64,000 nucleotides of DNA from Oceanispirochaeta sp. (lineage in GTDB: Bacteria > Spirochaetota > Spirochaetia > DSM-2461), in the NCBI GenBank assembly GCA_963666275.2, contig CAXXOA010000001.1, positions 384,001 to 448,000 of the forward strand, read 5' to 3'. Position 1 is the stretch's first letter. Every line of letters starts with the position of its first letter. Positions 40,301 to 50,310 of the stretch are shown here, piece after piece. The position numbers were made by a program, and so were the translations under genes. The notes beneath the pieces are model-generated. The model was not told the origin of the DNA. It made no database searches and was given only the letters and a program-made list of their open reading frames with translations.

Positions 40301-43204
40301 CTGAAGATCCGGGGCAATGGCGATGAGTTCCACATTTCTCAGGGAGCCTTTGTGTATGTAGTTCAGATCGCCGTCGGCTTTGTAGCCCACCAGGGCTTTC
40401 AGGGGGGAGATCAGAACCTCCGCTCCCGAGGAAACACTCCTTCCTCCGGCCTTCTCGAAGGCTTCTACACTGACACGCAGCCTGTAGGTGTCGGGAGTGA
40501 ATTTCTCCATGGGCAGTTTGTAGGTATAGGATCCGTCCTCTCCGGTTGTCCCGTCGCCCAGGTCCTCCGAATAGGAGAGTCTGTCTCCCCGGGGCTGCAG
40601 GAAGCGGTAGTCCCTGTATTTATGGAAATAGAGGCTCGCCGGAGTCAGGGCCAGAGTGGCCGAGAGAGAGCTTCCCCCGGAAGGGGCTCCGTAAAGGTTC
40701 CGTACTGAGACAAGAGCCTGAAGGTCATCGGGAGATATCCATCCCTCGGAGCTCCTGTTGAAAAGGGTATTCACTTTCAGACGGTCCGGAAGGAATTCCT
40801 CCACTTTGATAAAAGTTCCCCCCAGGTAGACATTGCTGCTCTTCTCGTTGACGAGATAGAGGTTAATCTCATACTCTCCCGTAGGGGAGTAGCTCTGGGT
40901 GGGAAAGGAGAAATCGTTAAACCCGTCCGCCGACAGGGATATATTTTCTTCGTGGATATTCTGGCCCCGGGGGTCTATGACTCTCAGGAGAAGAGGTGTG
41001 CCCTGAAGAGGAACCTCCCAGTCTCCGGCTTTTATAATGAATGCTCCATTTACGGTGTCTCCGGGCCGGTAGAGTCCCCTGTCTGAAAAAACCTGGGTCA
41101 TCAGTGTTTTGGGATCCCCTGAGCCGTAGAGTCCGCCCGTATCGAAACTGCTGTAGTCCAGATACCGGCCGGGAGCGCTGTAGGGGAGAAAAGAGAGGTC
41201 TTCCCCTTTGACCGCAATGAAGGCGGCAGGAGTATTCTCCGCCCGGGAGAACTGGAGGTCCGGGAACATCACATGCCCCCCGCTGTCGCTCATCCGCGAG
41301 GCCAGGGGAATTCCGTTTTTTCCCAGAACCTGCACCTCCACGTTCTCAAGAGGAGAACCCGTGGCAATGGACTGGACAAACAGATCCCGTGATCCGTCCT
41401 GGTTTGTTTTTACAAGCATACCCAGGTCACTGACCATAATCAGCCGGCGGTCTCTTACATTGAGATAGGACCGGTTCAGCTCTCCCAGTTCGATAAGGAA
41501 CAGACCGTATCTCAGATTTTCCCGGGGAATTGTTTTCAGGTATTCCGCCATATCGATGGAGAAGTACTGCAGTTCCCGGGGGCTGTCCATCCCCAGTTCC
41601 AGGGTGGATTCATAGGTTTTTGAAATATTATCAATGGAGAAGTTGTAGTTGCGGAACTGGAAGTTCTCGATATTGCCGTTTGACTGGGTCACAAGATGGT
41701 TGATGTCTTTCGGCATGATCCGGTGGATTCTATATCCTACTTTCCGGATTCCCCGGGAATAGGCGGCCAGCCTTTTATCTCCCGAAAGGGAGAGGACATT
41801 CCCGTCCGATACGATTCTGAGTTCCGAAGGGTATTCGGGGATCTGGATAATCCGTTCATAGTCTTCCGCCAGATAGTAGCCGCCGTAGAAGGGCGTTCCC
41901 TGACGGATTCTGATATAGATATGCCGGGAAGGTTCCGCAGTGACGGAAAAACTGTTGAGATTCGAGTTCTCCTGTTCCGTCGGGAGCGCAGAAAATGGCA
42001 GCTTCCGGGAAAGGTCCAGTACTTCCCGGGTGACGAAATCGGGATCACCCCAGTTGTAATCCTCATATCCTCTGATTCCGGGCAGGTCGGGGATATCTTT
42101 TGGCAGAAGCCAGACGTCCATATTCTCTTTGAGGGTCTCTCCGGAAATGCTGCCTCTGGTGGCCGCGACAAGAACCTGGTCATAGAGCTGGGAATCATTT
42201 TTCACAAGTTCAAGAGACAGGGAATTGATGGAAACAAAAGAACTGATTCCGGGGACTATTACTGTCTGATCCTTCTCTTCCTCCAGAGGGACCGAACCCT
42301 CCCGGGTTGCGACTCCGTCTCCCAGCAGGATATGAACGTCCACATCTTTCAGGGGGAGTCCCAGGGGTTCTGAAATGAGATAGGCTTCTGTAAAAGTTTC
42401 ATTGAACGTCAGCTCAAAGCTGTAATCCCTGTTCTCCAGGGTTCCCGAATCTTTCTCCAGGTCCGGATAGATTCTGATCTGCCCTTCGAAGGACACAGGA
42501 TCCACAGGGTAATTGAATCTGTAGGTGTTCATCACTCTTTTGATGGATGAGTCGGTGGGATCAATATAGAATTCAGGAGTCTGAGCTCTCAGAAGGAGCC
42601 CCGGAACGGTGACAGTGAAGGTCTGTTCCTGAACTTTTATGTGTTTGGGAAAAAGGCTTTTATCCATTTTGATGCTGTATTCCCCGCCGATATCCCAGGG
42701 GCGTTCGGGCTGAAATACAAGAAGATCCGACTCTTCCCATTTCCACTCACCCGGGAATTCGGGTTTGATGGTAATCCCTTCTGACAGGACTTCCCCTGTC
42801 CTCTCTTTGGGAGCTGCTGAGCCGCGGAAACGGACTTTCAGGGGCTGAACCGGTTCTTCCGGATCCGCCACGCTGAGGATTTCCGAGACCGAGTAGTCTA
42901 TTTCCAGATCCTGCGGCCGGGAACTGTCCCACAGATACCAGCCGAAGAGCCCGCCGATTCCAAGGATAAAAATTCCCACCAGAATCAGAAAGGCAAGGAA
43001 CAGCTTTTTCATGTACCTTTTCACTCTCTCCCGGGAGGTTTCCCCCTCTTTGGCCCCTTTCTGCCAGAACCGGATCATATAGGCCGGAGGAGTATAGGAG
43101 AGGGAGCCGAAAAGGGTTCGTAATATCCGTCCTGCCAGTCTTATGACGGCCGGGGGTAACTGTGCGATTTGTGAAAAAATATTCCGTTTCTTTTTTTCTG
43201 ACAT
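37400..43204 (-). CDS. Bacterial alpha-2-macroglobulin
   Basis: 1934 aa. Motifs SDRGLYRPGD, VEEFLP, thioester YPYTCTEQ, DIREDR and AEAMYD. N-terminal TM anchor. Paired with pbpC. Confidence 0.93.
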   Translation of the reverse strand: MSEKKKRNIFSQIAQLPPAVIRLAGRILRTLFGSLSYTPPAYMIRFWQKGAKEGETSRERVKRYMKKLFLAFLILVGIFILGIGGLFGWYLWDSSRPQDLEIDYSVSEILSVADPEEPVQPLKVRFRGSAAPKERTGEVLSEGITIKPEFPGEWKWEESDLLVFQPERPWDIGGEYSIKMDKSLFPKHIKVQEQTFTVTVPGLLLRAQTPEFYIDPTDSSIKRVMNTYRFNYPVDPVSFEGQIRIYPDLEKDSGTLENRDYSFELTFNETFTEAYLISEPLGLPLKDVDVHILLGDGVATREGSVPLEEEKDQTVIVPGISSFVSINSLSLELVKNDSQLYDQVLVAATRGSISGETLKENMDVWLLPKDIPDLPGIRGYEDYNWGDPDFVTREVLDLSRKLPFSALPTEQENSNLNSFSVTAEPSRHIYIRIRQGTPFYGGYYLAEDYERIIQIPEYPSELRIVSDGNVLSLSGDKRLAAYSRGIRKVGYRIHRIMPKDINHLVTQSNGNIENFQFRNYNFSIDNISKTYESTLELGMDSPRELQYFSIDMAEYLKTIPRENLRYGLFLIELGELNRSYLNVRDRRLIMVSDLGMLVKTNQDGSRDLFVQSIATGSPLENVEVQVLGKNGIPLASRMSDSGGHVMFPDLQFSRAENTPAAFIAVKGEDLSFLPYSAPGRYLDYSSFDTGGLYGSGDPKTLMTQVFSDRGLYRPGDTVNGAFIIKAGDWEVPLQGTPLLLRVIDPRGQNIHEENISLSADGFNDFSFPTQSYSPTGEYEINLYLVNEKSSNVYLGGTFIKVEEFLPDRLKVNTLFNRSSEGWISPDDLQALVSVRNLYGAPSGGSSLSATLALTPASLYFHKYRDYRFLQPRGDRLSYSEDLGDGTTGEDGSYTYKLPMEKFTPDTYRLRVSVEAFEKAGGRSVSSGAEVLISPLKALVGYKADGDLNYIHKGSLRNVELIAIAPDLQQISLEGTRLSLKRFEYVSTLVKQPSGVYKYQSIEQTKEVKEEPLAIAPDGTTVSLDSSEPGKYQLEVLDEEDNVLTRLVYTIVGETNLTRSLNRSAELEIKLDRQDYKGGETIEVSIAAPYAGAGLITIERDKVYAYKWFKTDSTSTVQRIRLPEGELEGNGYVTVSYIRSPGSREIFMSPLSYGSVPFSLDKESRTQKISLNYPEVVKPGEELTIEYSSNRRGKIIIYAVDQGILQVAGYTMPDPLAYFFRKRALEVKTAQILDLILPEYRIVRQFSEMGGGMEADLLANNLNPFRRKDRAPVVFWSGILDADREVRSVNYTVPDYFNGSLKIMAVCVSREAIGSTQSEAFARDTFIIQPSAPLAVTPGDEFLFQATVANNFTGSGENARISLTLSTGEELTPEETEKVLTIPEGKDSTVSFPVKVGEFPGPAELVLEASSGGETSRMSHSLSIRPAVPFRTEILTGVNKRGSDTVPVEREMYADFRTLRAGVSSLPMGLAGGLGFYLEEYPYTCTEQLVSMAFPKLFEGYVTNLELDREKAEADYGRTIGILMARQNQEGGFGMWTVKSDSVPLIDLYAFQYLQEARQKGRFVPSQLYDMAEDRAEDLASYGGTSREDFRIRSYASFLLTASGKITTRFLEELRTDLKETSFDWKSDLTGLYLASSYSILQMDAQAGSILREVRGDIRKEELPEGYHDRLSYLSQYLLILSRYAPDRMKQVSPEVLDGIAAELGENNFTTFSASMALVAIQSYSDRAGRMDAGLGKVTALLNDKTERVLSLSGDILKTADFSEETEELKIENSGSQPLYYQVILGGFDRNPPEQEVSSGIEILREYTDREGNPVNRMQLGETYQARLRVRSLSKGTVPNLAVVDLFPACLEPDTQSIREGNSSPSGEKFLPDYTDIREDRLILYGSVDENLKEYVYPVRAVYAGEFTVPPLFAEAMYDRDTYALQTSSVLTVEE

Positions 43205-43512
43205 GGTCTATCCTGGGTATCGGGTTTTGTGAAACAGACCGGATGATCTTAATGCTATTCCGGTCTTATCAGGGGCTGTCATATCAGGAACATGACTGTA
43301 TGTTCCATCCTGACGTTTTCTTACTTTCTGGTAAAATCACGCCTATTATTCTCTTTTTATATATATTAATCAATGATTATTTTTTGGGATTCCGGATAGA
43401 ATCCGTCCGGTCAGATCGAACTCTCTTTCCCTGAAATACAGGGATGTATTCCAGGAGCAAGTCGGAGGATCTCCGCCAGAGGAGTGCTGACTGATAAGAG
43501 AAATGGCAGAGA

Positions 43513-44673
43513 CTATTTTATGGGATACCCCGCGCTGATATAGCAATCATACAGTTTTTCAGACAGGGCCTTCTTCTGGTCCGGAGTAATACTGTCGAGA
43601 TCCATATCTTTCAGGTTAATCAGATCATACAGACCGGAGTAATCGGAAATACTGTTTTTATAAAGAAACAGTGTTTTCAGATTTGTCAGATTCTTCAGTT
43701 CCTCAATGTCTGTGATCCCGTTGTATCGCAGACTGAGATGCTTCAGATTTTTAAGCTCTCCGATATCCTGTAAATCTCTTATATGAGTGGCATCTGCGGT
43801 GAGATACTGAAGGGATGGAAAGGAGGAAATCCCTTTCAGGCTGGGGACCTCTGAATTCCAGAAATCAAGATAGGATAGATTCGTCACCGGAGGAATGCCT
43901 GTCAGATCGCTGCGTTGAAAATCCGAAATATGAAGACTATTCAGAGAGGGGAGGCGGGCTATAATATCCCAGTTGAGGGATTCCCCGTGAATATAGAGAG
44001 TTTCAAGAGATGGCAGGGCGAGAAGACAGGCCAGCTGTTCGGTATCAACCTGATAGGGGAGAACCAGCCATTTCAGATTTTTAAGATTTTGAAGCGGGGT
44101 CAGGTCATTGATGGGATTCTCTCCCAGGCAGAGTTCCTCCAGAGAGGTCAACTTTGCCAGGACATCGATGTTTTCAATGGCGTTGGATCCGATATCGAGG
44201 TTTTTCAGGTTCACAAGGCCTTCCAGACAGGAGATATCTGATATCTGATTATCCCCGATGTCCACTTTTTCAAGATAGACAAGGTCCTGCAGGGGCTGAA
44301 TATCTGTTAAATGATTGTTCGGGACTCTGAGCACAGTCAGGTCTTTCATGGACTGAAAACCCGACAGATCCTTCAACGGTCTGTTATACGAATAGGGATT
44401 GTAGGAAAATGAAGTGGCTTCGGATATCATTCTGTCATTCAGTTCGCTGATGCTCTCCAGTCTGAAAGCTTCGGCGATAATCCTTTTTTTCATTTCCGTT
44501 AAACTGTCCACAACCGGATTGTCTGCCCCCCGGGATTCCATCTCTCCGATGGTGACCCCATCAGAACCTGAATCCGGCCGGGTTCCGGAACTCCCGTCAT
44601 TCTCCGAATCAGAGGCGCAGGGAAAAGAGAGCATTAATAGAATCAGGGCGATCAGGAAGGGGCTGTTTTTCAT
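43513..44673 (-). CDS. Secreted leucine-rich-repeat (internalin-like) protein
   Basis: Signal peptide, then 22-aa LxxLxLxxNxIxDLxxL repeats. Confidence 0.88.
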   Translation of the reverse strand: MKNSPFLIALILLMLSFPCASDSENDGSSGTRPDSGSDGVTIGEMESRGADNPVVDSLTEMKKRIIAEAFRLESISELNDRMISEATSFSYNPYSYNRPLKDLSGFQSMKDLTVLRVPNNHLTDIQPLQDLVYLEKVDIGDNQISDISCLEGLVNLKNLDIGSNAIENIDVLAKLTSLEELCLGENPINDLTPLQNLKNLKWLVLPYQVDTEQLACLLALPSLETLYIHGESLNWDIIARLPSLNSLHISDFQRSDLTGIPPVTNLSYLDFWNSEVPSLKGISSFPSLQYLTADATHIRDLQDIGELKNLKHLSLRYNGITDIEELKNLTNLKTLFLYKNSISDYSGLYDLINLKDMDLDSITPDQKKALSEKLYDCYISAGYPIK

Positions 44674-44805
44674 CTTTATCCTCAGACTTATGTTTTTATA
44701 GTAAAATCCTGTCTATTATTACTGCTGGGGGAATATTAATCAATCATATCCTTTTCAGGGAGAGGAGAGAGAACAGGGCGGAGAATGGATGTCATCCAGG
44801 AGCTG

Positions 44806-46026
44806 TTATTCAGGCTCTTTCAGGCAATGGGGTTCATCCCGCTGTTCCCGGGTGGCTCCCATGCCGCAGAGAGTCATAACCACAGCCGCTCCGGAGAGGG
44901 TGATGAATCCCGCGTTCAGAGAGCCGCTGGCCTCCCTTATGGAACCGAGGATGACGGGAGCCAGAGAACTGAAGCAGTAGCCGATTCCCTGAACAAAAGC
45001 GGAGAAGCGCCTGTTTTCATCCAGATCGGCTGCCAGATCCATCACATGGCCGAAGATCACAGTAAAGCCGCCTCCTGAGCCGATGCCTCCCAGAAAGGTC
45101 CATAATATCCACCACCGGGGAAGAAAAAGGAGACCCAGGGCCATAAAAAGCCAGGGAAAGGAGACAAGGTAGAACTGCCTGCGGCTGTTCAAACCTGAAA
45201 AATGGGTCAATCCGGGAATGACAAAAGCGCCGATCAGCCCGGTGAGCTGAAAGACCGAAGCGGAGACTCCCGCCCGGGAAATATTCATCGAGAGGGCTGT
45301 CATCAGGTGGACAGGCAGCCAGGCTGTTATTCCGTAGAAAAGGAAAGAGTGGGCAATAAAAGCAAGGGCCAGGAGCCATATTTTTCCCTGCTTCCAGGGA
45401 CGCCCGGGAGATTGACCTTTTTTCTGTGGACTGTTTGTTTCCCCCCGGGGGGAGGCCTTCTTTTTTTCTGCCGCTGATGTCCAGAGCCCCAGGGCTGCAA
45501 CAGCAAAGACCACCCAGAGGGCCAGGGAGAATCGCCAGCCGGTTCTGAGGGCCAGAGGAGCCGTGGCGGCAGAGGTAATCATGGAACTCATATTGATGGT
45601 GGCCACGTATATCCCTGTCATCAGACTTTTCATACCCGGGAAATAGGCGGCAATAACCATCAGTCCCAGAATATTTCCCATGGTCAGAGAGAATCCCAGC
45701 AGAAATGTTCCTGCAAAGAGACTTTGTACCGGTCCGGCGGAGCGGAGGATCAGGCTGATGATGATTCCCCCCAGAGAGATCTGTATTCCCCGGATAAGGG
45801 ATACCCGGGAGAGCAGATACGATGCCAGGGGGGCCAGCAGACCGAAGCAGAGCACGGGAATTCCCGTGAGAAGACCGGCTGCGGCATCATTGAAGCCGTA
45901 GGTTTTCTGAATCTCTCCGATAATGGAGGGAACCGCTGTTATGTGAGCCCGGAGGTTCATTGAGAAGGCCAGGAAGGCCAGCAGGATGAGGGGGCTGCTC
46001 TGAAGCGGCCTGTTCTTGTTATTCAT
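44806..46026 (-). CDS. MFS transporter, CynX/NimT-like
   Basis: About 12 TMs with motifs NLRAHITAV, AGLLTGIPVLCFG and QGIGY. Confidence 0.82.
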   Translation of the reverse strand: MNNKNRPLQSSPLILLAFLAFSMNLRAHITAVPSIIGEIQKTYGFNDAAAGLLTGIPVLCFGLLAPLASYLLSRVSLIRGIQISLGGIIISLILRSAGPVQSLFAGTFLLGFSLTMGNILGLMVIAAYFPGMKSLMTGIYVATINMSSMITSAATAPLALRTGWRFSLALWVVFAVAALGLWTSAAEKKKASPRGETNSPQKKGQSPGRPWKQGKIWLLALAFIAHSFLFYGITAWLPVHLMTALSMNISRAGVSASVFQLTGLIGAFVIPGLTHFSGLNSRRQFYLVSFPWLFMALGLLFLPRWWILWTFLGGIGSGGGFTVIFGHVMDLAADLDENRRFSAFVQGIGYCFSSLAPVILGSIREASGSLNAGFITLSGAAVVMTLCGMGATREQRDEPHCLKEPE

Positions 46027-46142
46027 GGGATTCCACCTGATGCATATCCGGCCAGTCTATGCCGAAAAAGGCCTCTCCGGGAAGAACCCTGTCGGCAGGT
46101 TTTCTGACAGTCACCGGAATCTCTGGTACAATGGGAGGCATT

Positions 46143-46604
46143 ATGAACTACTTAAATCTGATTATTATTCTACTGGTGCTGCTCCTCCTGGCTCTGGTTC
46201 TTCACAGGATGCAGACATCGGGGCGGAAAACACAGAAAGAGCTCTCTGAGGATCCCGGCGATTCTCTGCAGGATCTGAATGAAAAATTCCTGGCTCAGGC
46301 GGAAGGCCGTCAGGTCATCGAACTTGTAAAGGTATACAATCATCAGGACAAGATGATCCTCCGGTCCATTCTGGATGCCCGGGGAATTCCCACATATGTA
46401 AAATCCAACAATTTCGGAGAGCTCTATCCCACATTTGATCTGAATAACTTTGCCACTTCGGTGATTTCCCTATTTGAAACGGACCGGGAGGAGGCTGTCA
46501 TGGTAGTTAAGGATTATCTGGATTCTCTGAACAGTGAGACCCGGCCCGGTTCCGCCGGCGGTGCTCTTGAATCCGGTACTTTTGCTCCGGAGCTTCTGGT
46601 CTGA
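46143..46604 (+). CDS. Membrane-anchored protein with a DUF2007-like (putative signal-transducing) domain
   Basis: GGGAGG RBS, N-terminal TM, and ILRSILDARGIPTYVK motif. Confidence 0.6.
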   Translation: MNYLNLIIILLVLLLLALVLHRMQTSGRKTQKELSEDPGDSLQDLNEKFLAQAEGRQVIELVKVYNHQDKMILRSILDARGIPTYVKSNNFGELYPTFDLNNFATSVISLFETDREEAVMVVKDYLDSLNSETRPGSAGGALESGTFAPELLV

Positions 46605-46662
46605 AAGGGGCCGGTTTAAGCGAAACGCTGTAAAAAAAACCCAGCAGACAGGGAGAATTGCT

Positions 46663-47361
46663 ATGAAAACAATAGGTATGATCGGCGGCATGAGCTGGGA
46701 GTCCTCACTGGAATACTATCGGCTGATCAATGAAATCACAAGGAGAGAGCGGGGAGGCCTCCACTCGGCGAAATCCCTCCTCTATTCTGTGGATTTTGAG
46801 GAAATTGAACTCCTGCAGCATCAGGACCGCTGGGAGGATCTGACAGGGATTATGATCGATGCCGCCCGGAATCTCGAGAAAGCCGGAGCCGAATCTCTTC
46901 TTATCTGTACCAATACAATGCATAAAATGGCCGATCAGGTACAGCAGAGCGTTTCCATCCCCCTTCTGCATATTGCCGATGCGGCGGGAGAGGAGATCCG
47001 GGCCAGAGGATTGAAAACAGTCGCTCTCCTGGGAACAAGGTTTACCATGGAGCAGGATTTCTACAGGGAGCGCCTGGCCCGGAAGTTCGGCCTGAATGTC
47101 ATGATACCCGAAGAAGAGGACCGGGCCTATATTCATCAGGTCATTTACAGGGAGCTCTGCCTGGGAGAGATCAGGGATGCGTCAAAAAAAGAGTTTCTGC
47201 GGATTATAGGGGACCTTGAACAGAAAGGAGCCCGCGGCGTCGTTCTGGGATGTACGGAAATACCCCTTCTTATCAGACAGGAGGATCTTGCGCTCCCGGT
47301 TTTTGATACCACCGCGATTCATGCGGAATATGCTGTCAGGGATGCTCTATCAGAAATATGA
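46663..47361 (+). CDS. Aspartate/glutamate racemase family protein (YgeA/RacX-like)
   Basis: MKTIGMIGGMSWESS, with catalytic CTNTMH and LGCTE. Confidence 0.92.
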   Translation: MKTIGMIGGMSWESSLEYYRLINEITRRERGGLHSAKSLLYSVDFEEIELLQHQDRWEDLTGIMIDAARNLEKAGAESLLICTNTMHKMADQVQQSVSIPLLHIADAAGEEIRARGLKTVALLGTRFTMEQDFYRERLARKFGLNVMIPEEEDRAYIHQVIYRELCLGEIRDASKKEFLRIIGDLEQKGARGVVLGCTEIPLLIRQEDLALPVFDTTAIHAEYAVRDALSEI

Positions 47362-47409
47362 ACTGAATGCTTTTGGACTGAAGGGGCCGCCGGGAGGACG
47401 TTCCGGGAT

Positions 47410-48099
47410 TTACTCCAGAAATCCTTCTTCGGCAATGTACTTGCGCGCCATGGCCAGGTCTTCCGGGTCGATCATATCGGCATAGGTATCCAGAAAGTCA
47501 TGATCGTATTTGGCGGCGCACCAGAGAAGGCTCCAGACGGAGTTGTTCTTTTCAGGTCCCAGTTTCTTGTAGATCCTGTATACCCTCAGATAGGATTTCA
47601 TAAGCTCCTCTGTTTCCAGGGGCGTGTAGGAATCACCCGAACCGAGGCGGTTGTAGATATCCACTATCTCTTCGGGAAAGATCAGGTCAGGATCGTCGGT
47701 GCGCATGTCGTTCCGGACATACAGATCGGGCCAGAGAAAAATATCTTCCCAGTAGTATCCTGTAATCAGAGAGAATGACTCTCCCTCTTCCACTTCATGG
47801 CGGCTTACAATATACCTTTCGGGCAGGGAGGGGGCTTCCGGTTCTGCCGGAGCCGCAGTCATCTCCTGTGGTTCCGCCTCCTCTTCCATGGAAATGGCCG
47901 GTGTCCGGGATTCTTCCCTCCCGGCGGATTCAGAGGCTTTATCCTCCATCATGGCGGTGCCGGGAGTCTGAACCATCACTGAGTCGTTTCTCTCCCGTAT
48001 TTTCTGCTGACGCATATTGATGAAGAAATAGGTTCCCAGCAGGAGAATCAACAGAAAGAAGAGGATAAACAGTATGTTCCGCAGCGACTTTTTTTCCAT
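47410..48099 (-). CDS. Membrane-anchored LysM-like protein
   Basis: N-terminal TM and HEVEEGESFSLIT..YW...LWPDLY..N....DPDLIFP motif. Confidence 0.7.
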   Translation of the reverse strand: MEKKSLRNILFILFFLLILLLGTYFFINMRQQKIRERNDSVMVQTPGTAMMEDKASESAGREESRTPAISMEEEAEPQEMTAAPAEPEAPSLPERYIVSRHEVEEGESFSLITGYYWEDIFLWPDLYVRNDMRTDDPDLIFPEEIVDIYNRLGSGDSYTPLETEELMKSYLRVYRIYKKLGPEKNNSVWSLLWCAAKYDHDFLDTYADMIDPEDLAMARKYIAEEGFLE

Positions 48100-48155
48100 G
48101 TCTTATAATTATCGGTGATTCCCGACGAAAAATGAATCGGCGAAATGAAATTTTT

Positions 48156-49466
48156 TCATCCCGCCAGTTCTCCTGCCAGGGAGAGGCCGGTGGATCCGGA
48201 GATCCTGACCTGACAGAACTGTCCTATCAGGTTTTCGTCCTCTCCGGAAAATTGGATATTGATCTTTCCCTCGGTCAGACCGGAGAGTTTTTTCCCGTCC
48301 CGGGATCTGCCTGTTACCAGTACGGTCAGTTCCCTTCCGATCAGACTTTCATTGTACTCATGGGCGGATTTGATGAAAACGTCAGAGAGAATATGGAGCC
48401 GCTCTTTTTTGACATCCAGAGAGATATCGTCATTCCAGCGGGAACTGGCCGCACCGGGACGGGGGGAATAGGTGGCGATAAAGGCCATATTATACCGGAA
48501 CTCCGCCAGAGCCCTGCGGGTATTCTCGAACTGCTCTTCCGTCTCATTGGTAAATCCCACAATGATGTCTGTGAATATGGTGGCATCGGGCATATATTTC
48601 CGGATATTCTGGACAATTTTCCTGTAGTCGTCCAGGGTATGATTCCGGTTCATCTTTTTCAGAACTTCATTGTCCCCCGACTGGAGAGGCAGATGGACCT
48701 GCTTTGCCAGACAGTGGTAGCGGGACATGATTTCAAGCACATCCTCGGTCATATCCCTGGGATGGGGGGAGGTGAAGTAGACCCAGAAGGGGGTCGGTGA
48801 AGTCTCACCCCGTTTTCCGATCTCTTCCAGCAGCTGCGCGAAGGTCAGCTCCTCTCCTTTTTTATCCAGGCCGTAGGAGTTGACATTCTGACCCAGCAGA
48901 GTGATCGATTTGTATCCCTTCTCCAGCAGCCGGTCCAGTTCTTTCATGATCTCTCCAGAGGGACGGGACACTTCCCTTCCTCTGGTATAGGGAACGGCGC
49001 AGTAGGTACAGAACTTGTCGCAGCCGTTCTGAATGGGAATAAAGGCTTCATAGGAGGAGTTGTACGAGGGAGAAATGTTCCAGAATTCGTTCTGGTCCCT
49101 GTGGTGATTCAGCCCCGTGGGTGTTACGATCCCGTACTGGCTGATCATCTCGGGAAGCCCGGCTATATCGTTTGTTTCAAAAACCAGGTCGAAGTTTTTC
49201 AGGAATTTCTTTTTGTCCGCCGGCAGAATACAGCCTGTGACAAAAGTGATAAGGCTTTTCTCTTTCTTCCATTTATTCCACAGATGAATCCTTGTATGAA
49301 CCCTGTCTATGGCTTTCTGACGGACCGAACAGGCCACGATTCCCAGTATATCCGCTTCTTCTTCAATTTCTGTGGGGACAAAACCCATGGAGTCGAACAC
49401 TGTCTGAAGACGTTCCGAATCGGACATGTTCATCTGACAGCCCAGGGTCAGTACGTAGTATTTCAT
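48156..49466 (-). CDS. miaB: tRNA methylthiotransferase MiaB
   Basis: LGCQMN..DSE, CSVR, radical-SAM motif CDKFCTYC, LLGQNVNSY, and C-terminal TRAM domain. Confidence 0.92.
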   Translation of the reverse strand: MKYYVLTLGCQMNMSDSERLQTVFDSMGFVPTEIEEEADILGIVACSVRQKAIDRVHTRIHLWNKWKKEKSLITFVTGCILPADKKKFLKNFDLVFETNDIAGLPEMISQYGIVTPTGLNHHRDQNEFWNISPSYNSSYEAFIPIQNGCDKFCTYCAVPYTRGREVSRPSGEIMKELDRLLEKGYKSITLLGQNVNSYGLDKKGEELTFAQLLEEIGKRGETSPTPFWVYFTSPHPRDMTEDVLEIMSRYHCLAKQVHLPLQSGDNEVLKKMNRNHTLDDYRKIVQNIRKYMPDATIFTDIIVGFTNETEEQFENTRRALAEFRYNMAFIATYSPRPGAASSRWNDDISLDVKKERLHILSDVFIKSAHEYNESLIGRELTVLVTGRSRDGKKLSGLTEGKINIQFSGEDENLIGQFCQVRISGSTGLSLAGELAG

Positions 49467-49492
49467 TATATTAAAAAGCCTCTTTCGGTGTA

Positions 49493-50269
49493 TTAATGCA
49501 TTTTGAACCAGGCAATGACCTCATCGGCCACCTGTTCCCTGTCACAGCCGTCAACAATCACATGGGGGCTGTCTTTGAGAACAACCCTCTTCATCTCTGT
49601 GCTTTTTATATTGTTTTCAATCAGATCCGCTGCTTCGGGTGGTACCGTTTTATCTCCTAGGGAGACAATAGTCAAGGCGGGAGATGTGACATTCCTTAGT
49701 TTTTTTATAGACATTTTCTGAAGGATCAGCAGATCATGGACTTTTGCCGAGTCGTGGTACTGCCAGTACTCTTTTCCTATTTCTTTTCTTTCTTCCGACT
49801 CCTCCTCCCGGGGAGACCAGCCGGTTTTTACCCGTCTTATCACATATTTGAGGAAGGGCGTCAGATAGAAAACCTTATTCCGGATACTCACCGCAGGAGC
49901 CAGAAGAGCGATTCCATCCGGGGAGAACTGTTCCGCCAGGAGCAGGGTCAGGACGCCCCCCATGGATAAACCGGCTACATAGACATATTTAAACTGACTC
50001 TTCAGATTCAGATACTCATCTGTGACGCATCTGAGCCAGTCCCTGTGGCTGCTCTGATGGAAATCTCTGCCATTGGTACCGTGGCCGGGCAGACGGGGGA
50101 GGGAGACTGTAAAGCCTTCGGCAACCAGGCGGTCAAAAAGGTAGACCAGTTCTCCCGTATAGGCATGGTGGCCGTGAATCAGCAGGACTGCCCTTTCGCC
50201 GCCTCTGTGAAACCGGCTGAGAGCGGAAGGGAATACGACTGTATCGGATGGTATTTTTTTGAACTTCAT
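49493..50269 (-). CDS. Alpha/beta-hydrolase carboxylesterase
   Basis: LLIHG, LPGHG, nucleophile elbow GLSMGG, DKTVP and SPH. Confidence 0.88.
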   Translation of the reverse strand: MKFKKIPSDTVVFPSALSRFHRGGERAVLLIHGHHAYTGELVYLFDRLVAEGFTVSLPRLPGHGTNGRDFHQSSHRDWLRCVTDEYLNLKSQFKYVYVAGLSMGGVLTLLLAEQFSPDGIALLAPAVSIRNKVFYLTPFLKYVIRRVKTGWSPREEESEERKEIGKEYWQYHDSAKVHDLLILQKMSIKKLRNVTSPALTIVSLGDKTVPPEAADLIENNIKSTEMKRVVLKDSPHVIVDGCDREQVADEVIAWFKMH

Positions 50270-50310
50270 ACTTGTAAAATATCACGGACAGGCCCGGGAG
50301 AAAAGAGATA

